Assembly (NCBI GenBank): GCA_004431415.1 | Contig: QPMI01000409.1 | Coordinates: forward strand, 1-64,000 | Direction of reading: 5' to 3' | DNA: 64,000 nt | DNA from: Cyanophora paradoxa CCMP329 | Lineage: Eukaryota; Plantae; Glaucophyta | In this document: in pieces, positions 24,902 through 38,047 of the stretch | Position numbering within the stretch: position 1 is the stretch's first letter | Layout: every line of letters begins with the position of its first letter | Program-made: the position numbers and the translations under genes | Notes under the pieces: generated by a model | The model's input: the letters and a program-made list of their open reading frames with translations, nothing else | What the model was told of the DNA's origin: nothing | The model's database searches: none

Positions 24902-25072
24902 AGTAGTTTCAACAGCATTTGAACACGAACGAAATAAAATGCAACGAACGTATATCTTGGTACATGTACAACAGGTGCCTGTGCCCGCGCATTGCGATTG
25001 AAATTGTCTTCGAATTGCCAAGTTGGCCTCATGGCCGATCGACAGGGCATGCATTAATAAACTTGAAAGATT

Positions 25073-25169
25073 GCTCTTTCTACGCTACGGGCGCGGCCGG
25101 ACCTCCTACCTACAGCGCTTTAACTGTACCCGTGCTGTTTGGGTGAGAGCATAACCCGCAGGGACTGGT
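25073..25169 (-). mobile_element. Fanzor-end element, copy 2 (terminal ~97 bp only)
   Basis: Reverse complement of the copy 1 3' end, beginning gctctttctacgctacggg; 171 bp after the RPC2 stop. Confidence 0.85.
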
Positions 25170-25176
25170 TCAGGGA

Positions 25177-25300
25177 CTGATTCTGATCGTAATCGCAACT
25201 CTGATTCTGATCGTAATCGCAACTCTGATTCTGATCGTAATCGCAACTCTGATTCCGATCGTAATCGCAACTCTGATTCTGATCGTAATCGCAACTCTGA
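25177..25300. repeat. 24-bp minisatellite (tctgattc[t/c]gatcgtaatcgcaac) x~5
   Basis: Tandem units seen directly; the same unit recurs at ~29980, ~35227-35311 and ~35828-35996. Confidence 0.95.
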
Positions 25301-25982
25301 TCCCAATGCTCACCCAAACGTAAAATCGCTCTCAAAAACGGTTGCTAATATGCAGCTAGCTAGTAAATAACGAGGACAAAAGCCCAGACGAGACAAGGTT
25401 TTCGCTTTCTGGCACAGGGGCCATAAAGTTCACGAGCTTTTCTTGTACCTCGTACCTGCAATAAGAAATCAGGGTAGTGTTGTGCATGACGAGAATGCGT
25501 GTCAGGCACCTCAGTTTGCGACCCTTGCTTGAGTTTGCGACCCTGTGCAGCGCGTGAGGCGGGCGGGGCCGCCGGGGAGGAGGAGGAAGCCGGTGCCGCA
25601 GGCGGCGGCCTGGCAGGCGTCGAGGGCGGCCTCCTCGCCCCGCCAGCGGCCCGGGGCCCCGGGCTCGGGCCCCGGTTCATGCTAGGCTAGGCAGAAGTCG
25701 CCCCTAGGCCTGCAGATTACGATCGCGATTAGCTATAGGGGTTGGGCGACAGTGAAGGTTGGAAGTCTTTGATTTCCGTGCACGTGGCATGCGCATGCGC
25801 ACCAGGCACCTTCAGGTGGGGCTACCGGATACTTCGTTCTCCCAGCTCTCAAATACCGGATACTACGGTGGCACCGCGGCAACTCCCAGCTCTCTCTCTC
25901 TCTCTCTCTCTCTCCCTCCCAGCTCTAGCGATCTAGAATTGATCAGGCAGGAAAGGGCGCCGCTGGCTCGAAAGACCGCGCC

Positions 25983-26804
25983 ATGCCTGGCCGCACGTAC
26001 AGCGCTTGGAAGCCAGTGACGAGCGGCAGCGTGCAGTTCCGTGCACTGCACGCGTTCACATGGAGCGCCGGTGCACAACACTTTCACTCGTTCGGCGGAG
26101 CTTCCGCGCGGACCGCGCTGAGAGGACAATCGGCGCGGTCTCCGCTGGCTGCGCCTTTGGCGCTTCGTCCAGCGCTCAGGACGGAGCGCCGAGCGCCGAT
26201 GCAGTTTTTCGTTGCATGCAGTGGAGGGCTGGAGAAGGTCAAGGTAATATCTGAGAATCGGAAGGCGCGTTTCAACTACGAGATCCTGGAGAAATACGAA
26301 GCGGGCATCAGTCTGACGGGGACGGAGATCAAGTCCGTGCGGTCGGGACGGATGAATATGCAGGATTGCTTCGCGCGCGTCACCAGAACCGGCGAAGGTT
26401 TGCCTGCGGTTCCTGGGCGGCTTCGCTTTGCGGAGCTCGCGAACCTAATTCGCTACGCAGTCGAACTTATCGGCATGCACATATCCCCCCACCACACCAC
26501 TGCCGCTTTCTTCAATCACGAAGCCAAGAGGAAACGTATGCTGCTCCTTCACAAACGAGAGATTCGGAAAATCAGGTCTCAGGTGCGTCTTCCAGTCCGC
26601 TGATCGACATCAACCTGGTCTAAGCCTGTATGTCAGGCTGAAACCAAGGGTCTCTCTCTCGTACCAACCAAGGCTTACTTGAAAGGTCAACTGTTAAAGA
26701 TTGAGCTAGCTGTAGCACGTGGCAAGAAGTTACACGACAAACGGGAGACTCTGAAGAAGAAAGCAGACAAGAGAGATGTGCAGCGAGCTCTGAAGAACTA
26801 CTAA
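25983..26804 (+). CDS. smpB: SsrA-binding protein SmpB, nucleus-encoded, probably plastid-targeted
   Basis: [70 protein letters not shown]; Ser/Ala/Arg-rich N-terminal extension; short introns. Confidence 0.93.
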
Positions 26805-26831
26805 GATGCAATTTCCTAATACAATTTGATT

Positions 26832-27246
26832 GCTCTTTCTACGCTACGGGCGCGGCCGGACCTCCTACCTCAGCGCTTTAACTGTACCCGTGCTGTTTGG
26901 GTGAGAGCGTAACCCGCAGGGACTGGTGCCCTGATGGAGAAAAGCCTTGAAGGGGATCGGAGCCTAGCGCTAGCTGGCTACGAACCGAGCAGGCGCTTCG
27001 CGTCCACGCCGGTGCCGTAGCGGATGAAGATGCTCCTGCAAGAGTACGATTACGATTGCGATCGGGCGGCGCTGGGAGGGGCGAGCCGGCCCTAGGCCTA
27101 GACGGAAAATTATGCCGTGGCTAGGCCGTGTCGGGACTAGGCGGGGGGAGCAGCGATTGTGTATAGGCGTGTATAGACACAACACGCACCGCGCGGCGCC
27201 GCCGTCGCGGTCCGCCCGGAAGCCGCACCCGGGGCGGCACTCGAAG
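26832..27246 (-). mobile_element. Fanzor-end element, copy 3 (~415 bp, includes FECRPGCGFRADRD codons)
   Basis: Near-identical reverse complement of ~19687-20091; starts 27 bp after the SmpB stop. Confidence 0.88.
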
Positions 27247-27799
27247 CCGCACCCGGGGCGGCACCCGGGGACGTGCGAGAATATTTTTAAACGTTTACGT
27301 ATAAGTATACGATTTGGGTAAAACGGAGTCGGCGATGGCAGAGGGGCGCCCGGCGCCCGGCAGACTAGACGGGGCCGGGTGGGGACCAGCAGCGCATGCA
27401 GGGGTATATGGGTAGGGCGAGTTAAAATAAACGTTCAAAGTTGCAATTAATAATTGGCTATTTGCTTTAATTTCGATTCTGATTACGTATATATACGTAT
27501 ACGCGCACGTACGATTATCGATATCGCTTTGGGTTGCAATTGACCATGCATATGAAAGGGGGGTTGGTTTTCACCGCGTACCCCGGGAGTCTGCCGCCCG
27601 GCAGCCGCCGTCCGCGCTTAGCACTTAGCTGCCGCCGTCCGCGCGAGCCGCTCACGGTTTGTTTCGACGCATTACGTCTGAGCCGACTTGCGGACGCAAG
27701 TTCTGCCTTGCTCTGCTGGCAAGCTGCGAGTATCTGGAATAGCGCGCCAATCCTTAGCTAAGTCCTGGTCTGAGCGCGTGAGGCCTGCGCTCGCGGAGT

Positions 27800-29686
27800 T
27801 ATGGCCAAATCCCCGAGCCCGGTGAACATAGCTGGAACCAAAGATTTGTGGCTCGTGGCACAAAGCAAGCTTGCTGAAGATGCGAACGGTGCGTGCCTGT
27901 CATGCCTTGCGCTCTCTGCTCGCGCCTTATTGGCCGCTGGTCCGCAGCAATGCTGCGCGTGGAAGGGCTAGCAGACACCAACGTGCTCTTTGTTGGGAGC
28001 AAAGGTGCAGGCAAGACTAGCCTGATTGGACGGTTCCGAGCGCAGAGCGCGTCGCTTGCAGTGAAAGGCGTGCTGTGTGCTGTTGTTCGTCGTTGTTCAA
28101 TTGCCATGAGCTCACCCGTGCACAGACGACCCAAAGCCGACTGTAGCTCTGGAGTATTCTCACAGATATCCTTTCTCATACCGCGCTTGCATACTGTTGT
28201 TCCGCTCGCGCCACGGACCCTTGATGGCACTGCGAACAGTTGGCAAGAAGGAGAACACAAATCTCAAGCAGGTGGCGCACATATGGGAGCTTGGTTAGTA
28301 CTCTGATATATTTAATCAGTAGTTTTATTTAGTCGCGATTTTTTCGCAGGAGGTGGTTTGCTCCTCGAGAAGCTCTCAGCCACAACTGTGAATCCAGAAA
28401 ATCTGCCAAACCTGGTCGTCGCCATTGTTCTTGATCTGAACGAGGTGAAACATTTTATTTAAGATTATTTGGTCATCGTTTAAGTGATGCGCATTGCAGC
28501 CGGGAAGCGTAATGGATACACTCGTTTTCTGGCTCCAGAAGATCCGGGGCCTGGTCAACGAGGCTGTAAAGAAGTTGCAGGACAGCGGCCAGCCTCTTCC
28601 AGAACGATTAAATGACCCGGTTGGCAAACTCTACGGCGCAGAACATGCCGACAGGTCCGCATCCACGTTGGTTTCGTCGATTGCTGGCCAGGCGCTCACG
28701 CAATCTAGAAATGCCGTCTGGCCCATCGGGGTTCCTGTGGTTGTCTTGGCAAACAAGTTTGATCTTTTTGCCAAAGTCGACTCGTGCGTTATCCGGAAGC
28801 TCAAGTGTGCCATTTTCCAAGACACGGCTCATAAGTGCTGCAGGAGCAAAGCAAAGACACTTGCAACGGCCATACGGTTTATGTGCCATTTGTATGGCGC
28901 AACTGTGCTGTTCACATCAATACAGCAGGAGGCCCAAGTGAAGGCGGTCTGTCTTATATCAAGCACTATCTTCCTTAGTTTGACCATACTGCAGTTTCTG
29001 GTATTGATGAACCATCACGTTTTCAAGACATCTGCGAGCAAGACTGTGGTCGTAGATCCTATGAAACCTCTCTACGTTCCTGTTGGTGGGCTGGGTTTTC
29101 GTTCATGCCCTTTCGTCCGCCGTAACATACTGAATGCGCGATTACAGGATCGGATACATTCCAGGCGATCGGTGTTTCACGGCCTCCCGTAAGTCCTGTA
29201 GAACTGGCGAGCTGGAGAGACGAAAATACGAAGCTCTGGCTTGGAGAAATGGCAAATGCGTTCAAACCCGCCGATCGCCAGGGTAATCAGTTTGTTTGAA
29301 CCATCAGTGATTCGCTGACTTTTCCGTTCAAAGAGCAACGAGGCAACTTCGATCCGTCCAATGCTAAGTACCGAGAGCCCACTGTTGACGAGCTCAGGGC
29401 TGTGAAAGAGTACGCAGAAGACTTCATTCATGGCTTCGGTGAAACTGACAATACTTGTTGTCTGCAGCAAACAGCTCCAGCTCTATCGCACTGAGTATGC
29501 TCTTTCTAAGCTACGTGATGATTCAGTCAACTAACCTTGTTGCTGTAGATATGACAAGAAGATCACTGAAGAAAGAGCGAAACTTGATCGTGCGATGAAT
29601 GAACAGCTGCAGAAGGTGCGGCGGGCATATTTGATAAGATTAATCTGACTTTCGTACAGGTTCGTGCAGCAGCACGCAAGAAGTAA
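27800..29686 (+). CDS. DYNC2LI1: Cytoplasmic dynein 2 light intermediate chain
   Basis: NVLFVGSKGAGKTSLI P-loop, AHIWELG, IGVPVVVLANKFD, IRFMCHLYGATVLF, VVDPMKPLYVPVG. Confidence 0.88.
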
Positions 29687-29705
29687 ACCTGCAGCACGCA
29701 AGAAG

Positions 29706-30024
29706 TTGCATTTGGACATATACTGTAATCGCATGTCCGGTTACAAGTGTGGGAATGTACACTGAGGCCTCCGCAGCCGCAGGCCCAGCCCACCCGCAAG
29801 CCAGGCCTTGAGAGTGGCCCCCTATAGATAAGGAGAGTAATGCGTCTCCCCGCGGACACTATGGGTCCCAAGAGCCCGTAGCGGGTCCTGCCACGTGCCC
29901 GTAGCGGGTCCTGCCAAAGTACCATTTGGACGAAAATTGGACGAAATCAGTTGGACGAAAGTTGGACGAAAGTTGGACGTCGTAATCGCAACTCTGATTC
30001 TGATCGTAATCGCAACTCTGATTC
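29706..30024 (+). repeat. Composite repeat: family B copy 2, 11-bp ttggacgaaa(a/g) tandem, and 24-bp minisatellite units
   Basis: Family B motif at 29706-29781; ttggacgaaa x4-5 at 29926-29980; cgtaatcgcaactctgattc units at 29980-30024. Confidence 0.75.
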
Positions 30025-30780
30025 ATGGACCCTAAGGTGCCTACCAACAGGTTCAGCCTCCTTAGTCGAACCCGGTGACACCGAAGTTTGCGGACAACAT
30101 TGCAATCTCCATCGTGATCGACCATACGCATCCAGCAGAACTCGAGACGAGAAATCAAATCTGCACGGCCAGCGCACGGCCGCCGCCGCCACCATAGAGA
30201 TGCTCGAATGAATAGCTGAAATGTTGGTTTTTTTTCGCGCTGCCATCCGGTACCGGTGCCTGCCGGCGGTACGTACACCGCTCTGCACCTGTCGCGTAAG
30301 CCCGCTCGAGCTCGGTTCAGCACGCAGAAGCGACCAAGCGATCGACACCGCGGCCGGGCGCCGAGGGCGGGCTAGGGGCGACGGTGAGCCCAAGGCGGCG
30401 AACGCGTCAGCGAGGACAACGCGAGGGACTAGGACGCCGGCAGACGTGCACTCCGGCGTCCCGCCCCTCGCCCCCGAACCTGCAGCGCCGCGCCGGCCCC
30501 CTCGCCCTCTGGTCCCTCGACGTCCGCGAGAGCGTCGCCGCGAGCGAGCTCGTCCTCGCCGCCGGTCCCTTCGCCGAGCACGCCGACTCCGCCGCCCCCG
30601 CCCTCCGCCTCCGCGCCCCCGTCGACTCCGCCCCGCTCCTCCCCGCCGCCCTCCCCGTCGCCTCTGCCGTGCGCCCCCCGCCCCGGCCCGCCCGCATACT
30701 CTTCTTCTTCTTCCGGCCCGCCTCGCTTCCGCCCGCTCCTGACCCGCCGGCGCGCCCGCCCCGCAGACCCTCCAGGTCCT

Positions 30781-31305
30781 GGGAAATCGCTCAGGTCCAG
30801 CGCGTCACCGCGCGGAGCTCGCTCCGGGCTCGCGAACCCTCCAGGGTGCTCTAGCGCGCCCTGAGCAGAGGACGCCGGCGCGGGCATGTCCCATGAGCTC
30901 TCCGGGCGCTCCCCAGGGCGCGCCGGCCTGTCCCAGGCGCCTGTTGGTCTGTCGTCGCGCCGGCCGGCGGACCGGCTCCCGAAACGGGATCAGCGATCCT
31001 CCCGATTGAAGCGCCGACCGCCTGCCCCCTCCTCCCGACTCTGGAAGCGCGATCGGCCTTCGCCGCCCCGCTCATAGCGTGAGCCGCGCTCCTCCCGATC
31101 GAAGCGCCGGCCGCCTGCCCCCTCCTCCCGACTCTGGAAGCGCGATCGGCCTTCGCCACCCCGCTCATAGCGCGAGCCGTATGCACGTAGTGTGTGCTGT
31201 ACATGTACCCGTAGACGCGTGTCACAGGCCGAGTTTGTTCAATTGCAGACGTGCACTCCGGCGTCGCGATGACGAACTCACCCGCGCTCGCGCTCACTGT
31301 TGAGG
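30781..31305. pseudogene. Chimeric patchwork of copied fragments (S4-gene exon, NPL4 upstream region, local 30441 segment, QTRT1 5' end)
   Basis: 30781-31178 = revcomp of ~44617-45015; 31175-31247 = revcomp of 235-300; 31245-31265 = 30440-30460; 31265-31305 resembles 31801-31841. Confidence 0.9.
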
Positions 31306-31804
31306 GCGACCCTAAAATTGCGCCCTAAGAGAGTACCAAGGGAAAACGCGCAGGACCAGATACTCATACAAGAAGCCCTGATCCAATACCACATTGGAGG
31401 AGTCGCCCCATTCGGTATGAACCTGTCACTATAAGCATCCATAGCCACTATGAGACCTAGAGTCTAATAACTTAGTAAATACACTCAAGACATTAGCAGG
31501 CGGTCGGCAGGAATCCATGCAGCAGGCGGTCGGCAGAGGGCGGCGTAACAACCACGGGGGACCTTCTACATTCAACACTCCCAACAAGCTAGCTAGCTTT
31601 AGCTTCTACACTACACCTCTCTTGTAGTATAGTTTCTTAGACTAGATCATGCTCTGTGGACTGTGCTTTGAATTAGATTACCGCTATTCAAAAAAAAATG
31701 CGCAGGCCCCGGTGCCGGCCGTCGACATGCCAGCTCGAGCCCCGGATCCCGCACCGACCCTGGTGGGCGCTCAAACCGAGGCGGCCTACCAACACGCCTC
31801 CGCG

Positions 31805-33558
<1,754 letters not shown>

Positions 33559-33839
33559 CCCGACGCTACCAATATCGTAGCAGAGCGAATTTCGGAAGGC
33601 AGTATTCAACAAAAACAGAAAACAAAGAAAAGATTTGACCAGGGCGGCCCGTTATTCGATGACGACCCATCCTTTGCACGACAGACTCTGAGAAGCCACC
33701 GAACAGGAGGGCCGCGGGCCCAAAGGTAGACAATTTGCAAGGCAGAGGACCATGCCATGATGGTGACGACCCACAAGATGATGATGAACAGCGGGCCAAA
33801 CATGCAAGGGGGTCTAGATTCATTACGTCCGTGGCATGG

Positions 33840-34160
33840 GGAGGTGCAAAACTCTCCTTGGGGGGGTGCAAAACTCCTGAGAGGGGGGGTGCAAAACTCC
33901 TGGGCTCTCCTTGGGGGGCCACACAGGGCCGCCGGGCTCGGCCGGCCAGTCCACTGGTGGGCTGGGCCCGCTGTCGCGGCGGCTGCAGGTTCATTACGTC
34001 TGTGGGGAGGTGCAAAACTCCTGGGCTCTCCTTGGGGGGCCACACAGGGCCGCCGGGCTCGGCCGGCCAGTCCACTGGTGGGCTGGGCCCGCTGTCGCGG
34101 CGGCTGCAGGGTACTACGGTACATTCCCACACTTGTACTATGGTAGCCCGGACCGTCGGA
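33840..34160. repeat. ~120-bp direct duplication and gtgcaaaactc repeats, ending in repeat family B copy 3 (-)
   Basis: 33888-33989 is nearly identical to 34009-34110; gtacattcccacacttgta at ~34119-34138. Confidence 0.75.
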
Positions 34161-34912
34161 CTTGAAGAAGAAGAAGAAGAGTATGTATAAGACACGCCCG
34201 AGCCGGTTGTGCGGTTTTGACGAAAGGCGAAGGACCCGAAGGCCCGAAGCACAATCGACAGTGAACCAACCAGACAAGGGTAGTGGCGGCGCAAACGCCT
34301 TACGGTCTACCATGTATGCCCCGGCGGTCCGGCGCTCATACACGCAGACACGGAAAGCAACCACAGACATCCCAATGCGGGCCTCTTCCTAATGCCGGCC
34401 TGGGGGAGTCCTGGTCACGACCTCACGTGTGAAACCTTCAGCCATCAGTCATGTCATCAGCCTCTTCGTCAGAGATAAGCACCATTGGGGAACCTGGGTC
34501 ATCAGCGAGATCCATAGGGGCAGCGGATGGGAGAGTTGGAGGAGGTGAAGGCCGCAAGCGTTTGAAAGAAACCTGAGGTGGGACACCAGGAATGTTATCA
34601 CCATGATCCAGAGCACCAGGGTCTGGAGAAGACATTCGACGACGCTTAGGCGGGACAATAGAAGGACTTGCGTTTTGAAGCTAAGAAGCTACCACTTGGG
34701 GCTCCTTCAAAAACTAGTTATCAATGAGTCAGTCTCCACCACATCGATTTGCCTATCCGCGGCCGGCTGAGCACTTGGATTGTCGGCCGCGAGCACAGCT
34801 AGTCAGAACAGCTAGTCCAGATGTCGCCGAGTCGCCGAGTCGGATGGTCGACGTCGTGGGTCGCAACCGATGATCTGGAATGCAGACTGGGATCTTCCGA
34901 TTTAGGCTGAAT

Positions 34913-35207
34913 GCTCTTTCTACGCTACGGGCGCGCCGGACCTCCTACCTACAGCGCTTTAACTGATTACCCGTGCTGTTTGGGTGAGAGCGTAACCCGC
35001 AGGGACTGGTGCCCTGATGGAGAAAAGGGGATCGGAGCCTAGCGCTAGCTGGCTACGAGCCGAGCAGGGCCGTTTCCCGCAGTCGCCGATTTGTATGGGA
35101 GCGGGCTTATGTAAGGCTTACCATCATACTTTGGCCATCATAGTTTTTTCCCCCAGCTAATTTTCACTACGTAGCTGGCGACTGCGGGAAACGGCCCAGG
35201 CGCTTCG
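34913..35207 (-). mobile_element. Fanzor-end element, copy 4 (interrupted by a MITE)
   Basis: Starts gctctttctacgctacggg and continues to cgcttcg after removing 35068-35199. Confidence 0.85.
35068..35196. mobile_element. MITE A, PIF/Harbinger-like (20-bp TIRs, CAG target-site duplication)
   Basis: TIR ggccgtttcccgcagtcgcc / ggcgactgcgggaaacggcc; cag at 35065-67 and 35197-99; uninterrupted copies read ...gagcaggcgc. Confidence 0.9.
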
Positions 35208-35311
35208 TAATCGTTGGACGTCGACGTCGTAATCGCAACGTTAACTTAAGCTTAGTAACTCTGATTCCGATCGTAATCGCAACTCTGATTCCGATCGTAA
35301 TCGCAACTCTG

Positions 35312-35827
35312 GACGGTTTTTCGCTGTCGCCAATTTGTATGGCGGCCTTACGATCGGAGGCTTACGATCGGCCTTACGAATAATTCTCGAGAGTGACATC
35401 ACCATCATGACGTGGGCTTAATTCTGTAAGCAAATTTTAACCTCGTAAGCTTACAGCCGGGAGCGAGTTTTGCCAAATTCACTCCCGCGCGTAAGGCTAG
35501 GAGCTAGCGCTGTAGCCTACGTCTGTAAGCTGGTGCTGGCGGCGCTCGGGTTTGCCGAGGGCGTTGATGCGCCAAAGTGTGCGCGCATGCATACGCAGCG
35601 CCGTACAGCCTTGCCGAGCTGCTTCAGCACGCTAGAGCGGCGTTTGACGCTACGGCGCTGCCCTCAACGGTCACTTAGGGGGTACCGTTACCGCCGCGCT
35701 AAGACTCGACTGGGCTCGTCCACGCCCAAGATTTCACGGCGACGACGCCTTACTGCAGGAAATGACATCATAGTTTTTTCCAGCGTTAATTTCCGCTCCG
35801 TGCGTAAGCCGACAGCGAAAAACCGTC
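35312..35827. mobile_element. MITE B, related to MITE A (18-bp TIRs), inserted in the 24-bp minisatellite
   Basis: TIR gacggtttttcgctgtcg / cgacagcgaaaaaccgtc; flanks ctg / atg; shares atttgtatgg and catcatagttttttcc with MITE A. Confidence 0.85.
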
Positions 35828-35996
35828 ATGATTCCGATCGTAATCGCAACTCTGATTGCGATCGTAATCGCAACTCTGATTCCGATCGTAATCGCAACTC
35901 TGATTGCGATCGTAATCGCAACTCTGATTCCGATCGTAATCGCAACTCTGATTCCGATCGCAACGTTAACTCTGATTCCGATCGTAATCGCAACTC
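35828..35996. repeat. 24-bp minisatellite x~7
   Basis: tctgatt(c/g)cgatcgtaatcgcaac tandem. Confidence 0.95.
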
Positions 35997-36018
35997 TTTC
36001 GAAATTTCGAATTTCGCT

Positions 36019-36201
36019 CAATAGGAGGTATCTCCGGAGGAGAGGAGAAAAGCTTGACATGGCAGGTGCTCACGGATACTGGATTTTCTTCATGCTCTTG
36101 TTTCACACATGCTGTTCTAGGTCGTGGATCAGTGCACAGCTCTACTGCCTGAGAATAAGGTTCCCGGGCACCACTGATTTTTTTCTTACTATTTCACCAA
36201 C
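36019..36201 (+). pseudogene. Duplicated internal QTRT1 fragment (exon-intron-exon-intron)
   Basis: Near-identical to ~32844-33027 including introns, with a few substitutions. Confidence 0.9.
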
Positions 36202-36298
36202 TGTAGCTACAGGCCCTGTAGCTCCCAGCTACTGATTTTTTTCTTACTATTTCTTACTATTTCACCAACTTTCACCTCCCCACCGACACTGTAGCTAG

Positions 36299-37505
36299 CT
36301 ACAGGCCCGCACGTACTGTCACGCTGAATGCGATTTTTTCTGCCTTTTCGACCGCCAACATGCCATAAGAATGAGGAGCATGATGGCGATCTCTGCAAGA
36401 ACGAGTACGACGATGATTGCGAAGGACATGCTGTATACGCAGCGAAATCAGCATGGACCACATCTCACAATAATTGAAGTGAAGGAGGACCTGAAACGGC
36501 CATGATGTGTTTTTGGCTGCAGCATCTTCTTTATTGGAAGAGCTGCAGAGCGTCACATTTCCGATAAGAACTTGTTCATTGATCCAAAAAACAACTCCAC
36601 CTGGGACTGATGTCGTTGCAGTCGTACTTGTAAGTTGGCCCTTCGCAGAAAGCTGAAGCAGGAAGGCCTTGTAGATAGCGATTTGTCCAAGACGATTCCG
36701 TACTTGCACATTAAAGAAATATCGCCCCTGAGGATGATGCAAAAGCTCTGTCCGCAAGAACGGGATGAAAACTCTTCCCTCTGTATCAATTTCATCGCTG
36801 AAAGTTGACCACGGTGTGAGAGGAAGCCCATGCTTCTCGATGCCACTGAGAGTCAAGTGAGAGTCAAGTCATGGCCTAAAAGAGCGAATGATGAACAATC
36901 CCGCATTCACCACTGTGTCCAGAAGATCGGCTGCTCAGCGAATGCCATTGGCACACCATCTGCTGGAGGGAGTCCTGCACACACCGTGAACCAACTCATA
37001 CATGAATGCTTTGGCATTGATGAAGTAGCACACCATAATACAGCCTGTACTGGAGAGGCATCACCTCTTGATGGTGAGAGGCCTTGTGGAAGATGACCGT
37101 GATTGATTCTCGATCACTGGTGAATGTCAAGTTCCCATCGCCACCAGGAATGGGCTCATCAATGCCTACCATTCTGAATTACTTTCTTGACCAAGAACAT
37201 AAGACAAGGGCTGTCACGGACCCTGAAAGGAAGCGAGGATGCGGAAGTGCGATTCTGTCTTTCCGAAAACCCCGATGTAGTAGGTGGCGAAGAAGGCAGG
37301 AATAGTGACAACGAGAGGGTGCCCTCCTGGAAGCTCGTGAGAGTACCTACCACTGAACATGAGCGCTTATCGCTTTGAGGGGTTAGATTGCTTACTTTGC
37401 CGTGTCCTTCGTCGGGAGTCCGGCGTTACCCACGTATAGGAACGCCTCGCCCGCGCATGGCTCTACTGTCACCGTAAGCACCGGCCGCTCCTCCTCCCCG
37501 CGATG
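36299..37505 (-). CDS. Hypothetical multi-exon protein, possibly truncated
   Basis: Protein-like ORF pieces (GRYFFNVQVRNRLGQIAIYKAF, GGVVFWINEQVLIGNVTL) with codon-like composition; family not recognised. Confidence 0.45.
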
Positions 37506-38047
37506 GCTGATGCTGAAGTACTGGTACTGCCCCTGCGCGGACTGAGCGGATCGCGGGGGAGCTGCAGCTCTTGCGCACTGCTCGTACGTGCCCTGCAGCC
37601 AGGTTCAGCGCCAGAGGCGGGCCAAGATGCACACGTACGCACCGTGCTCAGCGAGGCCGTCGCTTAGAACAGTCATGCAAAGAGCTGCCTGCGCACACGC
37701 CGCCAGTAGCGCCAGAAGAAGAGCGCGCGCCCTCATTGGGCTGCGCGCACTCCTGCTGAGCGCGTGAAAAGCTAAAGCGCCAATTTGCTACGCTAACTTC
37801 CGTTTAGGTACAGATCTAGAGCGCCGCTGAGGCGGCTGAGCACGAGCCGGATCCGGAGCGACTCCGCGCTAGAGTTCCACGAACGGCGTGGACTGCTGGA
37901 TGCAGCTGGGTCCACAACTCGGACCTGTGCGGTCCTGTGGTCTGCTGGGGGTACTGGAATTCCGAATTCAAGCTAGTCCACAGCTAGATCTAAACTCTAC
38001 GCCGCCTCAGCGCCCGATCTTTCTTCGGCTTTGGAACGACCCCAGGA

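Noticed and set aside
26832-27246. Element as a tRNA-derived SINE or hammerhead ribozyme
   Set aside because: No Pol III A/B boxes or poly-A tail are visible, ctgatgga does not match the CUGANGA core, and the TnpB-like peptide explains the origin better.
35828-35996. 24-bp repeats as a CRISPR array
   Set aside because: Units are head-to-tail with no unique spacers, there are no cas genes, and the context is eukaryotic.
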